64,000 nt of DNA from Actinomycetes bacterium (GTDB lineage Bacteria > Actinomycetota > Actinomycetes > Mycobacteriales > Pseudonocardiaceae): assembly GCA_021793175.1 (NCBI GenBank), contig JAJYTH010000001.1, forward strand, positions 4,211 through 68,210, read 5' to 3'. Positions 1-9,828 of this stretch are shown here, in pieces. The notes under the pieces were generated by a model. It was not told the DNA's origin and did no database searches. It saw nothing but the letters and a program-made list of their open reading frames with translations. A program made the position numbers and the translations under genes. How positions within the stretch are numbered: position 1 is the first letter of the stretch; each line of letters begins with the position of its first letter.

Positions 1-512
1 AGCGTGCCGAGTCGTCGATCCCAGCGCCTCAGTGGTGGGCGCCCACGGTGTGGCAGCAACTCGCCGAGTGCCGCGCCGAGCAGGGACGAACCCACTACGA
101 GTACCGCGACGGCGACGTACCAGCCGAGTGGACTCGCACCAGCGCCGCCAGAACGGGCGGCGGGACCGTTCGCTCGTGGTGTCCACCGTGTCGTCGCCGG
201 ACGGAGTGTCGTGCTGTCGTACACCGTCTCCCCAGGCCTGTTCCACTGGGCAACCGTAGCAGCCGAAGACGCTCGGTTTTCGGCCTAACGCGAGTTCTGC
301 ACGGGGTACGGAAACGCCTAATTGTTCGGTCTAGGCCGACCACCGCCGCGGGACTCCAGACGTACCACGGGCTCCATCTCTGTGGAGGCACAGGATGTCA
401 CGGCCGGTTCTCCATGCCACGGCACACAGCGGTGACTCCACGATGGACGGTACGGATGAAACATCGACGTCGCCCCACGTGGTCCCGGCCGGAGGAACCA
501 CGCGCACGGACA

Positions 513-1058
513 TCAACCACGCGGGGGCGCGGGTGGGGCGTCCTGGATGCCCCCTTGCGCGGGGAGAACGCTGATCATGCCGTTGGGTTCCAGGTAGGCG
601 TACCTGACCTCACCGATGTCCTCGATGCCGTGCAGCCGCAACTGGCTGAGCACCTCCTCAGTGGCCATGAACTCCCGCTGCAACACCCGGTGGTTGAGTT
701 TTCCCTCCCGGATCAGAGCCCGTGGCCGGGCCTTGGTCACCACCGAGAACCAGGGGAACCGATACGCGGCCGCGTCCACGGCCACGCTGCACAGCAGAAT
801 GGTGGTGACGAGCACCGCGGCGTCGGTGATGCTCTGGGAATCACCGGCAAGCCCTCCACCGACGGCCTGCGCGAGCAACACGATGATCAGCACATCGGTG
901 ATTCCGAGGCCGCCGGCTTCTCTCTGTCCGAAGACCCGTATCAACAGCAGCAGCATCAGATAGATGACGACCCCTCGGACCACGAGTTCGAGAATCGGCG
1001 TCTCCAAGCGGAACATGCTCGTCCAATCAGCCATGAGCCCGGGTACCCGGAAAGACAC
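513..1058 (-). CDS. DUF421 (YetF-like) membrane protein
   Basis: 181-aa ORF with a GTG start at 1058 and an alternative ATG at 1034 (MADWTSMF...). It has N-terminal TM helices (VVIYLMLLLLIRVFGQRE..., VLIIVLLAQAV...) followed by a soluble C-terminal domain (REGKLNHRVLQREFMATEEVLSQLRLHG), as in YetF/DUF421 proteins. Confidence 0.75.
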   Translation of the reverse strand: MSFRVPGLMADWTSMFRLETPILELVVRGVVIYLMLLLLIRVFGQREAGGLGITDVLIIVLLAQAVGGGLAGDSQSITDAAVLVTTILLCSVAVDAAAYRFPWFSVVTKARPRALIREGKLNHRVLQREFMATEEVLSQLRLHGIEDIGEVRYAYLEPNGMISVLPAQGGIQDAPPAPPRG

Positions 1059-1291
1059 CCCGGAACGGCGGACAGGACGGTGTCGACCACTGTCGGGTCA
1101 CCGGGAAGTGGGAAGGCCACCACTCCACGCGTACCGCCGCGGTCCCCCGCCTTCCGGCTCACCGACGTACGGTGACCTGCCGGTGATGCGCGGATGACGG
1201 CCACGTTGCGAGAAGCCGGTCGCTGCACCCTCCCGTCCGGCGTCCGAGTAGTCTCCGCTCACCTGGAACGATCACCGAGCGAGGAGCCCGG

Positions 1292-2716
1292 ATGAGCACC
1301 GTTGGCAGTGGCCCGTCGCCCGCGACCGACGCCCGTCAGCGCAGGCGCGAACAATGGGGTTGGTACTTCTTCGACTGGGCGAACTCCACGTTCTACACGT
1401 CAGTGATCACCGTGTTCGGTGCGCTGTACATGAGTTCGGTGGCAGCGCAGGACGCGAAGGCGCACCCGGAACGCAACGGGCCGACTCCGTGCGTGGACGA
1501 CCGGGGTGTCGACAACAACCTGGTGAACTGCGACATCAGCCTGTTCGGGCTGACCTTCCCCGCCGGGTCGTTGTGGGGCTACCTGTTGGCGGCGTCGACC
1601 GTGATCCAGGTACTCATCCTGCCGATCACCGGCGCGATCGCCGACCGCAGCCAGTACAAGAAACGCATCCTGGGGGCCTTCGCGTTCCTGGGCTCGGCGG
1701 CATCGGCACTGCTGTTCTTCGTCTCCGGTGACCGCTGGGAGCTCGGCGTGGTGCTGTACATGCTGGGCAACATCGGCTACGGCGTGTCCGTCGTGACCTA
1801 CTACTCGTTCCTGCCCGACATCGCGACGCCGGACGAGCGCGACGAGGTGTCGTCGCGCGGATGGGCGTTCGGTTATCTCGGCGGTGGTGTGGCGCTGGCA
1901 GTGCAGTTGGCGTTCTATCTGAGCCGGGACGCGCTCGGGGTGAGCGAGGAACTAGCGGTACGGATCTGTTACCTGAGCTCGGGTGTGTGGTGGGCACTGT
2001 TCACGCTGATCTCTCTGCGCCGGTTGAAGGAACGGCAGCGGCCGCGCGGACGCGAGTCCGGGGTGTCGCTGGTGCGGACCGGGTTCGCGGAGCTGCTGGA
2101 CACGTTGCGGTCGGCGAAGGCGTTCCCGTTGACGTTGGCGTTTCTGGGTGCGTACCTGGTGTTCACCGACGGCATCTCGACGGTGGTGTCGGTGTCGGCG
2201 CAGTACGGCTCCGAGGAGCTGAAGTTCGGCAACGAGGTACTGATCGCGACGATTCTGGTGATCCAGTTCGTGGCGTACGCGGGCGGGATGTTGCACGGAC
2301 TGGTGGCGCGACGGTGGGGTGCGAAGAAGACCATCCTGGCGAGCCTGGTGGTGTGGATGGTGGTGATCACGTCGGCGTACTTCATCGAGGCGGGGCAGCA
2401 GTTCCAGTTCTACGCCGTGGCGGCGGGGATCGGCCTGGTGTTGGGTGGGACGAACGCCTTGTCACGGTCGCTGTTCAGCCAGATGATCCCGCCGGGCAAG
2501 GAAGCTCAGTACTACTCGCTGTACGAGATCGGTGAGCGCGGCACGTCCTGGCTGGGGCCGTTGGTGTTCGCGGCGGTAGGTCAAGCGACCGGTTCGTTCC
2601 GGTACGCGATTCTCGCGCTGCTGGTGTTCTTCGTGGTCGGGTTCGTGCTGTTGGCGCTGATACCGGTGCGACGGGCGATCGCCGCGGTGGGCAACCCGGA
2701 GCCGTCGGTGCTGTAG
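1292..2716 (+). CDS. MFS transporter, UMF1/Atg22-like family
   Basis: 474-aa ORF with a GAGGAG Shine-Dalgarno about 7 nt upstream of ATG 1292. The translation is a polytopic membrane protein with many hydrophobic segments. The N-terminus (WGWYFFDWANSTFYTSVITVF) is typical of UMF1-type MFS proteins. Confidence 0.8.
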   Translation: MSTVGSGPSPATDARQRRREQWGWYFFDWANSTFYTSVITVFGALYMSSVAAQDAKAHPERNGPTPCVDDRGVDNNLVNCDISLFGLTFPAGSLWGYLLAASTVIQVLILPITGAIADRSQYKKRILGAFAFLGSAASALLFFVSGDRWELGVVLYMLGNIGYGVSVVTYYSFLPDIATPDERDEVSSRGWAFGYLGGGVALAVQLAFYLSRDALGVSEELAVRICYLSSGVWWALFTLISLRRLKERQRPRGRESGVSLVRTGFAELLDTLRSAKAFPLTLAFLGAYLVFTDGISTVVSVSAQYGSEELKFGNEVLIATILVIQFVAYAGGMLHGLVARRWGAKKTILASLVVWMVVITSAYFIEAGQQFQFYAVAAGIGLVLGGTNALSRSLFSQMIPPGKEAQYYSLYEIGERGTSWLGPLVFAAVGQATGSFRYAILALLVFFVVGFVLLALIPVRRAIAAVGNPEPSVL

Positions 2717-2872
2717 CGGCCGACGCGTCGCGGCGGTTCTCACTCGGTGTCGTGCGAACGCTGCGCGGAAGTACGGATAGGGTGCTGCGTCGTGACGCTG
2801 CATGACGACGACACCGACCCGACCGATGCCCTCTCCCCCGTACCGGGTGCTGTGCGGCGGCGCGAGTTACCG

Positions 2873-3565
2873 ATGACGGGCAGAGTGAAGTTCTCCTACG
2901 GTCCGATGGACTGTGGCAAGTCGACGTTGGCATTGCAGATCGACCACAATCTGGCTCGCCAGGGCAGGCAGGGGCTGTTGCTGGTACGCCACGACCGGTC
3001 GGGGAACGCCCAGATCACCAGTCGTATTGGGATCACGCGGCAGGCCGTCGAGTTGGAGGCCGATACCGACGTGCGGGCGGTGGTCCGGCAGGCCTGGGAA
3101 CAGGGTAGACACGTCGACTACCTGATCGTCGACGAGGCACAGTTCCTGTCGCCTGAGCAGGTCGAGCAGTTGACGGAGCTCGCGGACGAGTCGTGTATCG
3201 ACGTGTATTGCTTCGGGATCGCGACGGATTTCCGCAGCGTCTTGTTCCCGGGAGCCCAACGGTTGTTCGAGCTGGCCGACGAGCTGCAGCCGGTGCAGGT
3301 GGAGGTGCTCTGCTGGTGTGGCAGGCCGGGACGTTTCAACGCACGCGTGGCCGACGGTGTCGTTCTGCGCACCGGGGACACGGTGTTCGTGGCGGACACG
3401 GGACCGAATTCGGCCTCCGGGTCAACCGGTGAGGTGAACTCGAGCACGACACGCTCGTCGACGGAGTTAGCTACGGTCCGTTACCAGGTACTTTGTCGTC
3501 GGCACTTCCGTCTGGGCGAGGTGGGGCCGGATGCGTCCGGTCAGGGGCAGTTGCAGCTGGCATGA
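2873..3565 (+). CDS. tdk: thymidine kinase
   Basis: P-loop GPMDCGKST lies close to the N-terminus. The DEAQF motif and the Zn-ribbon cysteines (CWCG...CRRH) are present. I chose ATG 2873 (MTGRVKFSYGPMDCGKS) because the long ORF from 2747 adds a non-homologous leader. Confidence 0.85.
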   Translation: MTGRVKFSYGPMDCGKSTLALQIDHNLARQGRQGLLLVRHDRSGNAQITSRIGITRQAVELEADTDVRAVVRQAWEQGRHVDYLIVDEAQFLSPEQVEQLTELADESCIDVYCFGIATDFRSVLFPGAQRLFELADELQPVQVEVLCWCGRPGRFNARVADGVVLRTGDTVFVADTGPNSASGSTGEVNSSTTRSSTELATVRYQVLCRRHFRLGEVGPDASGQGQLQLA

Positions 3566-3794
3566 CCAGCAATGCCCCCTCGCCCGAACGGGTGATACCA
3601 GGAGAAGGGGAATCGTTGCCGCGTCACAGTGCCGCATGCAGCGTCTCCCCTGAGAAAAGGCAGTTTTCGACTTGGGTGACGTGGTTCACTTTGCGTAACG
3701 GCGGGTCGTTGGGAATTCAACCGACGGTCCCTGCCGTTGCATAGGGTGAGCATCACCCTGGCTTTCCTGCGGGAGCCGACCGAAAGGACCCATC

Positions 3795-4139
3795 ATGGCC
3801 GACCGTGTTCTTCGTGGAAGCCGGTTGGGTGCGGTCAGTTACGAGACCGACCGCAATCACGACCTAGCCCCCCGACGTACCGTGCGCTACAAGTGCCCGA
3901 AGAACCACGAGTTCGAGGTGCCGTTCTCCGACGATGCGGAAGTTCCCTCCACCTGGGAATGCCGCTTGCACGGCAGCGAGTCGAAGATCGTCGACGGCGG
4001 GGCGCCTGAGCCCAAGGAGACGAAGCCGCCCCGCACACACTGGGACATGCTGCTGGAGCGGCGGTCGATCCCGGAGTTGGAGGAACTGCTCAACGAGCGA
4101 CTCGCCGAGTTGAGGAACCGCCGGGGTCGCTCCGCATAG
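3795..4139 (+). CDS. rbpA: RNA polymerase-binding protein RbpA
   Basis: 114 aa. MADRVLRGSRLGAVSYETDRNHDLAPRR...PPRTHWDMLLERRSIPELEELL is nearly collinear with mycobacterial/streptomycete RbpA. Confidence 0.95.
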   Translation: MADRVLRGSRLGAVSYETDRNHDLAPRRTVRYKCPKNHEFEVPFSDDAEVPSTWECRLHGSESKIVDGGAPEPKETKPPRTHWDMLLERRSIPELEELLNERLAELRNRRGRSA

Positions 4140-4169
4140 CGCACGAACCGACTTCCATCGGTTTTTTCA

Positions 4170-4208
4170 GGGCCGCCTCCCCGTACATCGGTTACGGGGA
4201 GGCGGCCC
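4170..4208. terminator. bidirectional intrinsic terminator hairpin between rbpA and ppm1
   Basis: Perfect 16-bp stem, GGGCCGCCTCCCCGTA (4170-4185) with TACGGGGAGGCGGCCC (4193-4208), and a 7-nt loop. It sits in the convergent gap between the two genes. A T6 run lies just 5' on the plus strand. Confidence 0.7.
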
Positions 4209-4236
4209 TTACTGCATCGGACGGGGCCGGGTCGGG

Positions 4237-5010
4237 TCAGCGCCGCACTCGCTGGAGCAGGGAACGCGCCTGTTCGGCACGGCGGCGCAGTCCCCACTGG
4301 GCGACCTTGACGACGGCCTCACCGATGATGGCGCCGCTCATCTTGGACTGGCCGAGCTCGCGCTCGGTGAAGGTGATGGGCACCTCCAGGATGCGAAAGC
4401 GCTCCCGATCGGTGCGCCAGGTCAGGTCGATCTGGAAACAGTAGCCCTGCGAGGCGATCTCATCCAGTGGCAGGGTCTTCAGCACGGCACGGCGGTACGC
4501 CCGGAACCCGGCGGTGATATCGGAGACGGGCACGCCGAGCGCGACCCTGGAGTACAGATTCGCCATGCGGGACAGCAGCTGCCGGTGCGGAGGCCAGTTG
4601 ACGAGCGCGCCGCCGGGCACATAGCGGGAACCGATGACGAGGTCGGCGTCACGTAGCGCCTCGAGCAGGCGTGGCAGGTCCTCCGGCGCGTGGGAGCCGT
4701 CGGCGTCCATCTCGACCACGGTGGCGTAATCGCGGTCGAGGGCCCAGCGGAACCCAGCGATGTAAGCGGCACCGAGTCCGGCTTTCTCCGTGCGGTGGAG
4801 TACGTGGATACGGTCGTCGTCGGCGGCGAGCTTGTCGGCGACCTCGCCGGTACCGTCGGGGCTGCCATCGTCGACCACGAGCACGTGGACCTGCGGCAGC
4901 ACCGTGTGCAACCTACGCACGAGTGGTGGGAGATTGTCCCGCTCGTTGTAGGTCGGGATGATCACCAGCACCGGGTCGACGTCATCCGTGTGCTGTGTCC
5001 CCTCGGCCAT
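4237..5010 (-). CDS. ppm1: polyprenol monophosphomannose synthase (GT2)
   Basis: [14 protein letters not shown]...[10 protein letters not shown]...EMDADGSH are GT2 dolichol/polyprenol-P-mannose synthase motifs. ATG 5010 is preceded by AAGGGGAG. It lies directly downstream of lnt, as in mycobacteria. Confidence 0.9.
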   Translation of the reverse strand: MAEGTQHTDDVDPVLVIIPTYNERDNLPPLVRRLHTVLPQVHVLVVDDGSPDGTGEVADKLAADDDRIHVLHRTEKAGLGAAYIAGFRWALDRDYATVVEMDADGSHAPEDLPRLLEALRDADLVIGSRYVPGGALVNWPPHRQLLSRMANLYSRVALGVPVSDITAGFRAYRRAVLKTLPLDEIASQGYCFQIDLTWRTDRERFRILEVPITFTERELGQSKMSGAIIGEAVVKVAQWGLRRRAEQARSLLQRVRR

Positions 5011-6637
5011 GCTGCTCCCCTTCTGTCGCGTCTGCTCGCGTTGCGGCCTTCTTCGTGTGCGACCGGAGCACGAACCCGGCGACCATGGCGGCGAGCGCGG
5101 CCCCGACCAGCGCGTACTCGGTCCACGCACCGAGTCGATCCGACAGCGTAGTCTCCCCCCTCAAGGGAACGTCGGCGACCAGGGAGGTGTCGGTGTAAAG
5201 GCTGGTGGAACGGGTGACGGTGCCGTCGGGCGCGATGATCGCGCTGATGCCGCTGGTGGCGGCGACCACGACGGCGCGGCCGTGTTCGACGGCTCTGACC
5301 CGGGACATGGCGAGTTGCTGGTGGCTCATCTCGCCGGGTCCGTACCAGGCGTTGTTGGTCGAGGTGACGAGCAATTGCGCTCCGACGTCGACGGTGTCGC
5401 GCGCGACGTAGTCGTAGGCGACCTCGTAGCAGATGACCGAGCCGACAGGGGTGCCCGCGACGTCGAGCGTGGTGGCCTCGTCCCCCCAACGCATGTCTCG
5501 GGTGTTGTCGACGAACGGGGTGAACCAGCTCGCGATGTCCCGCACCGGCACGTACTCGGCGAAGGGCACGAGTTCCCGTTTGACGTAGTGGTCGGTGATG
5601 CCGGTGGGGCTGTCGCCGGGTTGCCAGACGAGAGTGGCGTTCTCGGTGAGGTCGCTGCCGGGTGGCTGGTACAGCGCGCCGATGAGGGCGGGGACACCGA
5701 ATTCGTCGACGAGCGCGTCGAGTTGTGGGTCGGTGCCGCGCACGTCGGTCGCGGTCTCGGGCCACACGACGAAATCGGGGCGTGGTAGTTCACCCGAGTG
5801 GATGCGGTCGAGGAGTTCGGCGCTCTCGGCGAAGTGGTTCGCGCGGATGGTGTCACGTTGGCCGAGGAGGCCGATACCCACGTCGGGGGCGTTGCCCTGG
5901 ACAACGGCGACGGTGCGGGTGCCGTTCTCGGGGTCCGTGTCGATCGTCGGCCAGACGGCGAGGCCGGCGAGTGGTGGGACCAGCACGGCCGCGACGGGAG
6001 TGACCCAGGCGCGGCCGGGGCGGAGTCCCGTGGCACGGATACGCACCAACAGTTGTGCGAGGCCGAATCCGGTGACGAGCACGGCGAAACCCACGAGTGG
6101 TGCACCGCCGAGCGAGGCCAGAGACAGGTAGGCGCCCTCGGGCTGGCTGAAGCCGACCCTGCCCCAGGGAAAGCCGTTGAACGGCCAACGCATCCGCGCG
6201 GACTCCTGAAGCAGGAACACCAGGGCCATCCACACGGGCGCGCCGGGCAACCGCGCCACGATCGGCATCAACGCGCACGCCAGGGCGATGTAGACGGCGA
6301 GCGCGCCGGACAACGCCAACCACGGTGCGGGACCGAATTCCGCGCCCAGGAAGTCCTGGATCCACACGAGATGGGCGAGGTTGAAGGCGAGGCCGAACAC
6401 GAAGCCATAGCCGGCGCTGCCCCACCAACGACGGCCGTGCAGCGCAAGTCCGAGCCCGGCGAACGCCAGCGGCACCACCCACCACAGTGGCCGTGGGGAG
6501 AACCCCGCGTGCAGCAGGAGCCCGGAGGCCGCGGCGAGCGCGACACGGACGGTGACACGCCCGAGTCGGCGACGTCGTGTTGGTCGGGTGTCGGCGGATG
6601 GCACGGTGGTGTCCGACGCTGAGGCCGTGGTGGTCAC
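4982..6637 (-). CDS. lnt: apolipoprotein N-acyltransferase
   Basis: 551 aa with multiple N-terminal TM helices followed by a CN-hydrolase domain (VVWPE...ICYE...). The stop overlaps the ppm1 start by 29 nt. Confidence 0.9.
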   Translation of the reverse strand: MTTTASASDTTVPSADTRPTRRRRLGRVTVRVALAAASGLLLHAGFSPRPLWWVVPLAFAGLGLALHGRRWWGSAGYGFVFGLAFNLAHLVWIQDFLGAEFGPAPWLALSGALAVYIALACALMPIVARLPGAPVWMALVFLLQESARMRWPFNGFPWGRVGFSQPEGAYLSLASLGGAPLVGFAVLVTGFGLAQLLVRIRATGLRPGRAWVTPVAAVLVPPLAGLAVWPTIDTDPENGTRTVAVVQGNAPDVGIGLLGQRDTIRANHFAESAELLDRIHSGELPRPDFVVWPETATDVRGTDPQLDALVDEFGVPALIGALYQPPGSDLTENATLVWQPGDSPTGITDHYVKRELVPFAEYVPVRDIASWFTPFVDNTRDMRWGDEATTLDVAGTPVGSVICYEVAYDYVARDTVDVGAQLLVTSTNNAWYGPGEMSHQQLAMSRVRAVEHGRAVVVAATSGISAIIAPDGTVTRSTSLYTDTSLVADVPLRGETTLSDRLGAWTEYALVGAALAAMVAGFVLRSHTKKAATRADATEGEQHGRGDTAHG

Positions 6638-6646
6638 GCCGCCAGC

Positions 6647-8305
6647 CTATGCGCGGGCCTGGCCGCCGGTGTCCGCGTGAGCGGTGTCGTCGGCATGGTC
6701 GTAGATCACCTGTCCGGCACGGACGGTGCGCAGGCAACGAGGCAGGGTGGCGTCGGGGTCCAGCGGTGGGAGGCCGGGGACGCGGGAGCGGGGGTCGGTG
6801 GACCAGCGCTGCACTCGGGCGTCCGGGGTGGCGACGACGAGTTCGTCGGCTTCCCACACGGCGTAGTGGGCGGGCGCTCCGGGCACGAGGCTGCCCGTGA
6901 TCCCGTCGGCCACGCCGGCGGCGCGGTGACCACCGCGGGTGTGAGCGTTGAAGGCGGCGCGCGCCGAGATGCCGGAGCCGGGCGTGTGGTGGTACACGGC
7001 GGCGCGCACACTGCCCCACGGGTCCAGCGGCGTGACGGGGGCGTCGGAGCCGAACGCGAGCGGCACCCCCTCGGCGGCGAGCGCGGCGAAGGGATTGAGC
7101 GACCCGGCTCGGTCAGGACCGAGCCGGGTCGCGTACATGCCGTGCGCGCCGCCCCAGGCCGCGTCGAAGGCGGGCTGCATGGAGGCGGTGACGTTCCAGC
7201 GCACCAGGGCCGTGGCCTGCTCGGCGGTGATCATCTCGACGTGTTCGAGCCGGTGCCCCACTCGGGCGAGGGCACGCTGTCCGGTCGTCTTTTCCGCCAC
7301 GGCGAACGCCTCGACGACCTCGGTGACGGCGGCGTCGCCGATGACGTGGAAACCGGCCTGGATTCCGGCTTCGGTGCAGGCCACGATGTGGTCGGCTATG
7401 GCCTGTCCGGAGAGGTAACGGGTGCCGCTGGTGTGGGGCCGGTCAGTGTAGGGCTCGTGGAGCGCGGCGGTGTGGGAGCCGAGGGCGCCGTCGACGAAGA
7501 GGTCCCCGCCCAGTCCGCGGAGGCCGAGTTCACGGGCGAGGTCGACAGCGGCGGCGTCGGCGAGCGCTCCCCAATAGGGCACGACCTCGGGATACCCGGG
7601 TTCGGCGGCGACTTCGAGCAGGGCACGCAGGTCGTCCTCTCCGGAGATGGTCGGACCCGCGCACTCGTGGACGCTGACGATGCCGGCAGCCGCGGCGGCG
7701 CGCAGGAAGGCTCGTTGTGCACGCTCGCGTTGCTCAACGGTGATCGCGGCGTGCGCGGCGACGCGGACGAGGTGGTGGGCATCGCGGGTGAGCGGCCCGT
7801 CGGGCGAGTAGCCCTCGGCGTGAGCGGCGTCCGGGGCGAGGTCGAGCAGGGCGCTGGTGACGAGTGCGGAGTGGACGTCGACCCGACTGAGGTAGACGGG
7901 CACGGCACCCGCGGCGTCGTCGAGTTCGGCGCGGCTGGGCAGACGGGGGTCGGTCCAGGTGGTCTCGTCCCAGCCGTGGGCGATCAGCACCTCTCCGGGG
8001 GCGGCGGAATCGGCGGCGGCGCGGACGGCGGCGAGCAGATCGGCGGCGTCGCGGGCTTCGGTGAGGTCGAGTCCGGTCAGGTGCAGGCCGGTGTTGGTGG
8101 CGTGGACATGGGCGTCGACGAACGCCGGCGCGACGAACGCTCCGTCGAGGTCGACGACCTCGGCGTCCGGGTGCAGCGCGCGGCCGGGGCCGTCCTGGCC
8201 GACCCAGACGACGACGCCGTCGGTGACGGCCATGGCGGTGGCGTCGGGCGAGCTGGGCGTGTGGATGCGGCCGCCCACGAGAAGGGTCGTGTTGCTGCTA
8301 CTCAC
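6647..8305 (-). CDS. amidohydrolase family protein (YtcJ-like metal-dependent hydrolase)
   Basis: 552 aa. It has the N-terminal metal-binding motif FVDAHVHAT, internal HVIGD and C-terminal GSDAPV, typical of the amidohydrolase_3 group. Confidence 0.8.
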   Translation of the reverse strand: MSSSNTTLLVGGRIHTPSSPDATAMAVTDGVVVWVGQDGPGRALHPDAEVVDLDGAFVAPAFVDAHVHATNTGLHLTGLDLTEARDAADLLAAVRAAADSAAPGEVLIAHGWDETTWTDPRLPSRAELDDAAGAVPVYLSRVDVHSALVTSALLDLAPDAAHAEGYSPDGPLTRDAHHLVRVAAHAAITVEQRERAQRAFLRAAAAAGIVSVHECAGPTISGEDDLRALLEVAAEPGYPEVVPYWGALADAAAVDLARELGLRGLGGDLFVDGALGSHTAALHEPYTDRPHTSGTRYLSGQAIADHIVACTEAGIQAGFHVIGDAAVTEVVEAFAVAEKTTGQRALARVGHRLEHVEMITAEQATALVRWNVTASMQPAFDAAWGGAHGMYATRLGPDRAGSLNPFAALAAEGVPLAFGSDAPVTPLDPWGSVRAAVYHHTPGSGISARAAFNAHTRGGHRAAGVADGITGSLVPGAPAHYAVWEADELVVATPDARVQRWSTDPRSRVPGLPPLDPDATLPRCLRTVRAGQVIYDHADDTAHADTGGQARA

Positions 8306-8404
8306 GCCCCCGAGTCTGCCACCTCCATCATCACGAGAAGTTTTGCGTCAGCGGGGCAATATGACAGGATAATTTTCACGAGCAGTCGAAACTGAGGAGC
8401 AGAA

Positions 8405-9784
8405 GTGACTGTCATCCAGGAACCTGCTACCGAGCTCGCGGAACAGCCCTACACCTACCGGCGGGCCGAGCTGGTCGAACCCGACTGGCGACGCTTCCCG
8501 GGCTGGCGCGACGTGACGGAAGCCGAGTGGCGGGACGCGCAGTGGCAACGGGTCCGCTGCGTACGCAACATCAAGCAGCTTCGCGCCGTCATGGGCGATC
8601 TGTTGGAAGAACGGTTCTACGAGGACCTCGTGGCCGACCAACAGCAGATGGCGACGATGTCGATGCTGTTGCCGCCGCAGATGCTCAACACGATGGCACC
8701 GCACGCCGGCACCGACCCGACGGAGTTCACCGAAGCGTTCTACGCCGATCCGATCCGTCGTTACATGCTGCCCGTACGCAGCGACCGTCACCCGGACTGG
8801 CCGAGCCACCCGCACTCACAGCGCGACTCGCTGCACGAGGCGGAGATGTGGGTCGTGGAGGGCCTGACCCACCGCTATCCCACCAAGGTGCTGGCCGAGC
8901 TGCTGTCCACCTGCCCGCAGTACTGCGGGCACTGCACGCGGATGGACCTGGTGGGCAACTCCACCCCCCAGATCGACAAGCACAAGCTCACGCTGAAACC
9001 GGTCGACAGGCAAGACGCCATGATCGACTACCTGAAGCGCAGCCCGGGAGTGCGCGATGTGGTGGTGTCCGGCGGTGACGTGGCCAATGTGCCGTGGCAC
9101 CAACTGGAGTCGTTCCTCATGCGACTGCTCGACATCGAGACCGTGCGCGACATCCGCCTGGCCAGTAAGGCGTTGGCGGGCCTGCCGCAACACTGGCTGC
9201 AGCCCAAGGTCGTTGAGGGCCTCGCCCGGGTCGCGGGCACCGCTCGCCGTCGCGGGGTGAACCTCGCGATCCACACCCATGTCAACCACGCCCAGTCGGT
9301 GACCCCGCTGGTCGCCGAGGCCACCCGCGCCGCGCTGGAGGTCGGGGTACGGGACGTGCGCAACCAAGGAGTGCTGATGCGGGGCGTCAACGCCACCCCC
9401 GCCGACCTGCTCGACCTGTGTTTCGCCCTGCAGGGCGAGGCGAACATCCTGCCCTACTACTTCTACATGTGCGACATGATTCCCAACGCCGAGCACTGGC
9501 GGCTGGCCGTGTGGGAGGCGCAGGATCTCCAGCACGCCATCATGGGGTACCTGCCCGGCTACGCCACTCCGCGCATCGTGTGCGACGTGCCGTACGTCGG
9601 CAAGCGGTGGGTACATCAGGTCGCCGAGTACGACCGCGAGCGCGGCATCTCGTACTGGACGAAGAACTACCGCACCGGCATCGAGCACGACGATCCCGAG
9701 GCGCTGCGCCGCCGCTACCCGTACTACGACCCGGTGTCGACTCTGCCGGAATCGGGTCGGCAATGGTGGCGCGAGCAGCACTGA
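8405..9784 (+). CDS. kamA: KamA-family radical SAM protein (lysine 2,3-aminomutase-like)
   Basis: Radical-SAM cluster motif CPQYCGHCTR, SGGDV, and a conserved KamA-type N-terminus (WRDAQWQ...N). GAGGAG lies about 7 nt upstream of GTG 8405. Confidence 0.8.
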   Translation: MTVIQEPATELAEQPYTYRRAELVEPDWRRFPGWRDVTEAEWRDAQWQRVRCVRNIKQLRAVMGDLLEERFYEDLVADQQQMATMSMLLPPQMLNTMAPHAGTDPTEFTEAFYADPIRRYMLPVRSDRHPDWPSHPHSQRDSLHEAEMWVVEGLTHRYPTKVLAELLSTCPQYCGHCTRMDLVGNSTPQIDKHKLTLKPVDRQDAMIDYLKRSPGVRDVVVSGGDVANVPWHQLESFLMRLLDIETVRDIRLASKALAGLPQHWLQPKVVEGLARVAGTARRRGVNLAIHTHVNHAQSVTPLVAEATRAALEVGVRDVRNQGVLMRGVNATPADLLDLCFALQGEANILPYYFYMCDMIPNAEHWRLAVWEAQDLQHAIMGYLPGYATPRIVCDVPYVGKRWVHQVAEYDRERGISYWTKNYRTGIEHDDPEALRRRYPYYDPVSTLPESGRQWWREQH

Positions 9785-9828
9785 ACTGTCCCACCTTTCG
9801 GTGATTGACAGCGCGGTTACTATGCGGC

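Noticed and set aside
1-512. Left-edge region containing several ORFs (4..288+, 32..259+, 48..1175+, 95..391-). There is a possible partial CDS entering from the left. Plus frame 3 reads ...PQWWAPTVWQQLAECRAEQGRTHYEYRDGDVPAEW. The codon-aligned minus frame reads a TM-like GWYVAVAVLVVGSSLLGAALG.
   Set aside because: Third-position GC slightly favours plus frame 3 for about the first 190 nt. That frame has no stop until 1175, and none of the translations is recognisable. I cannot assign strand, boundaries or product, so I report no feature.
48-1175. 375-aa plus-strand ORF.
   Set aside because: It is codon-aligned antisense to the DUF421 gene (513..1058). The Arg/Pro-rich translation is typical of shadow ORFs in high-GC DNA.
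6677-8395. 572-aa plus-strand ORF. This stands for the many similar long antisense ORFs, including 9847..11055-, 20891..23053+, 37625..39001+, 38037..39278-, 42610..44055-, 57472..59304+ and 29077..30732+.
   Set aside because: All lie opposite well-supported genes with clear motifs. Their translations are Gly/Arg/Pro/His-rich low-complexity sequences with no recognisable motifs. These are the expected shadow frames of a GC-rich genome.
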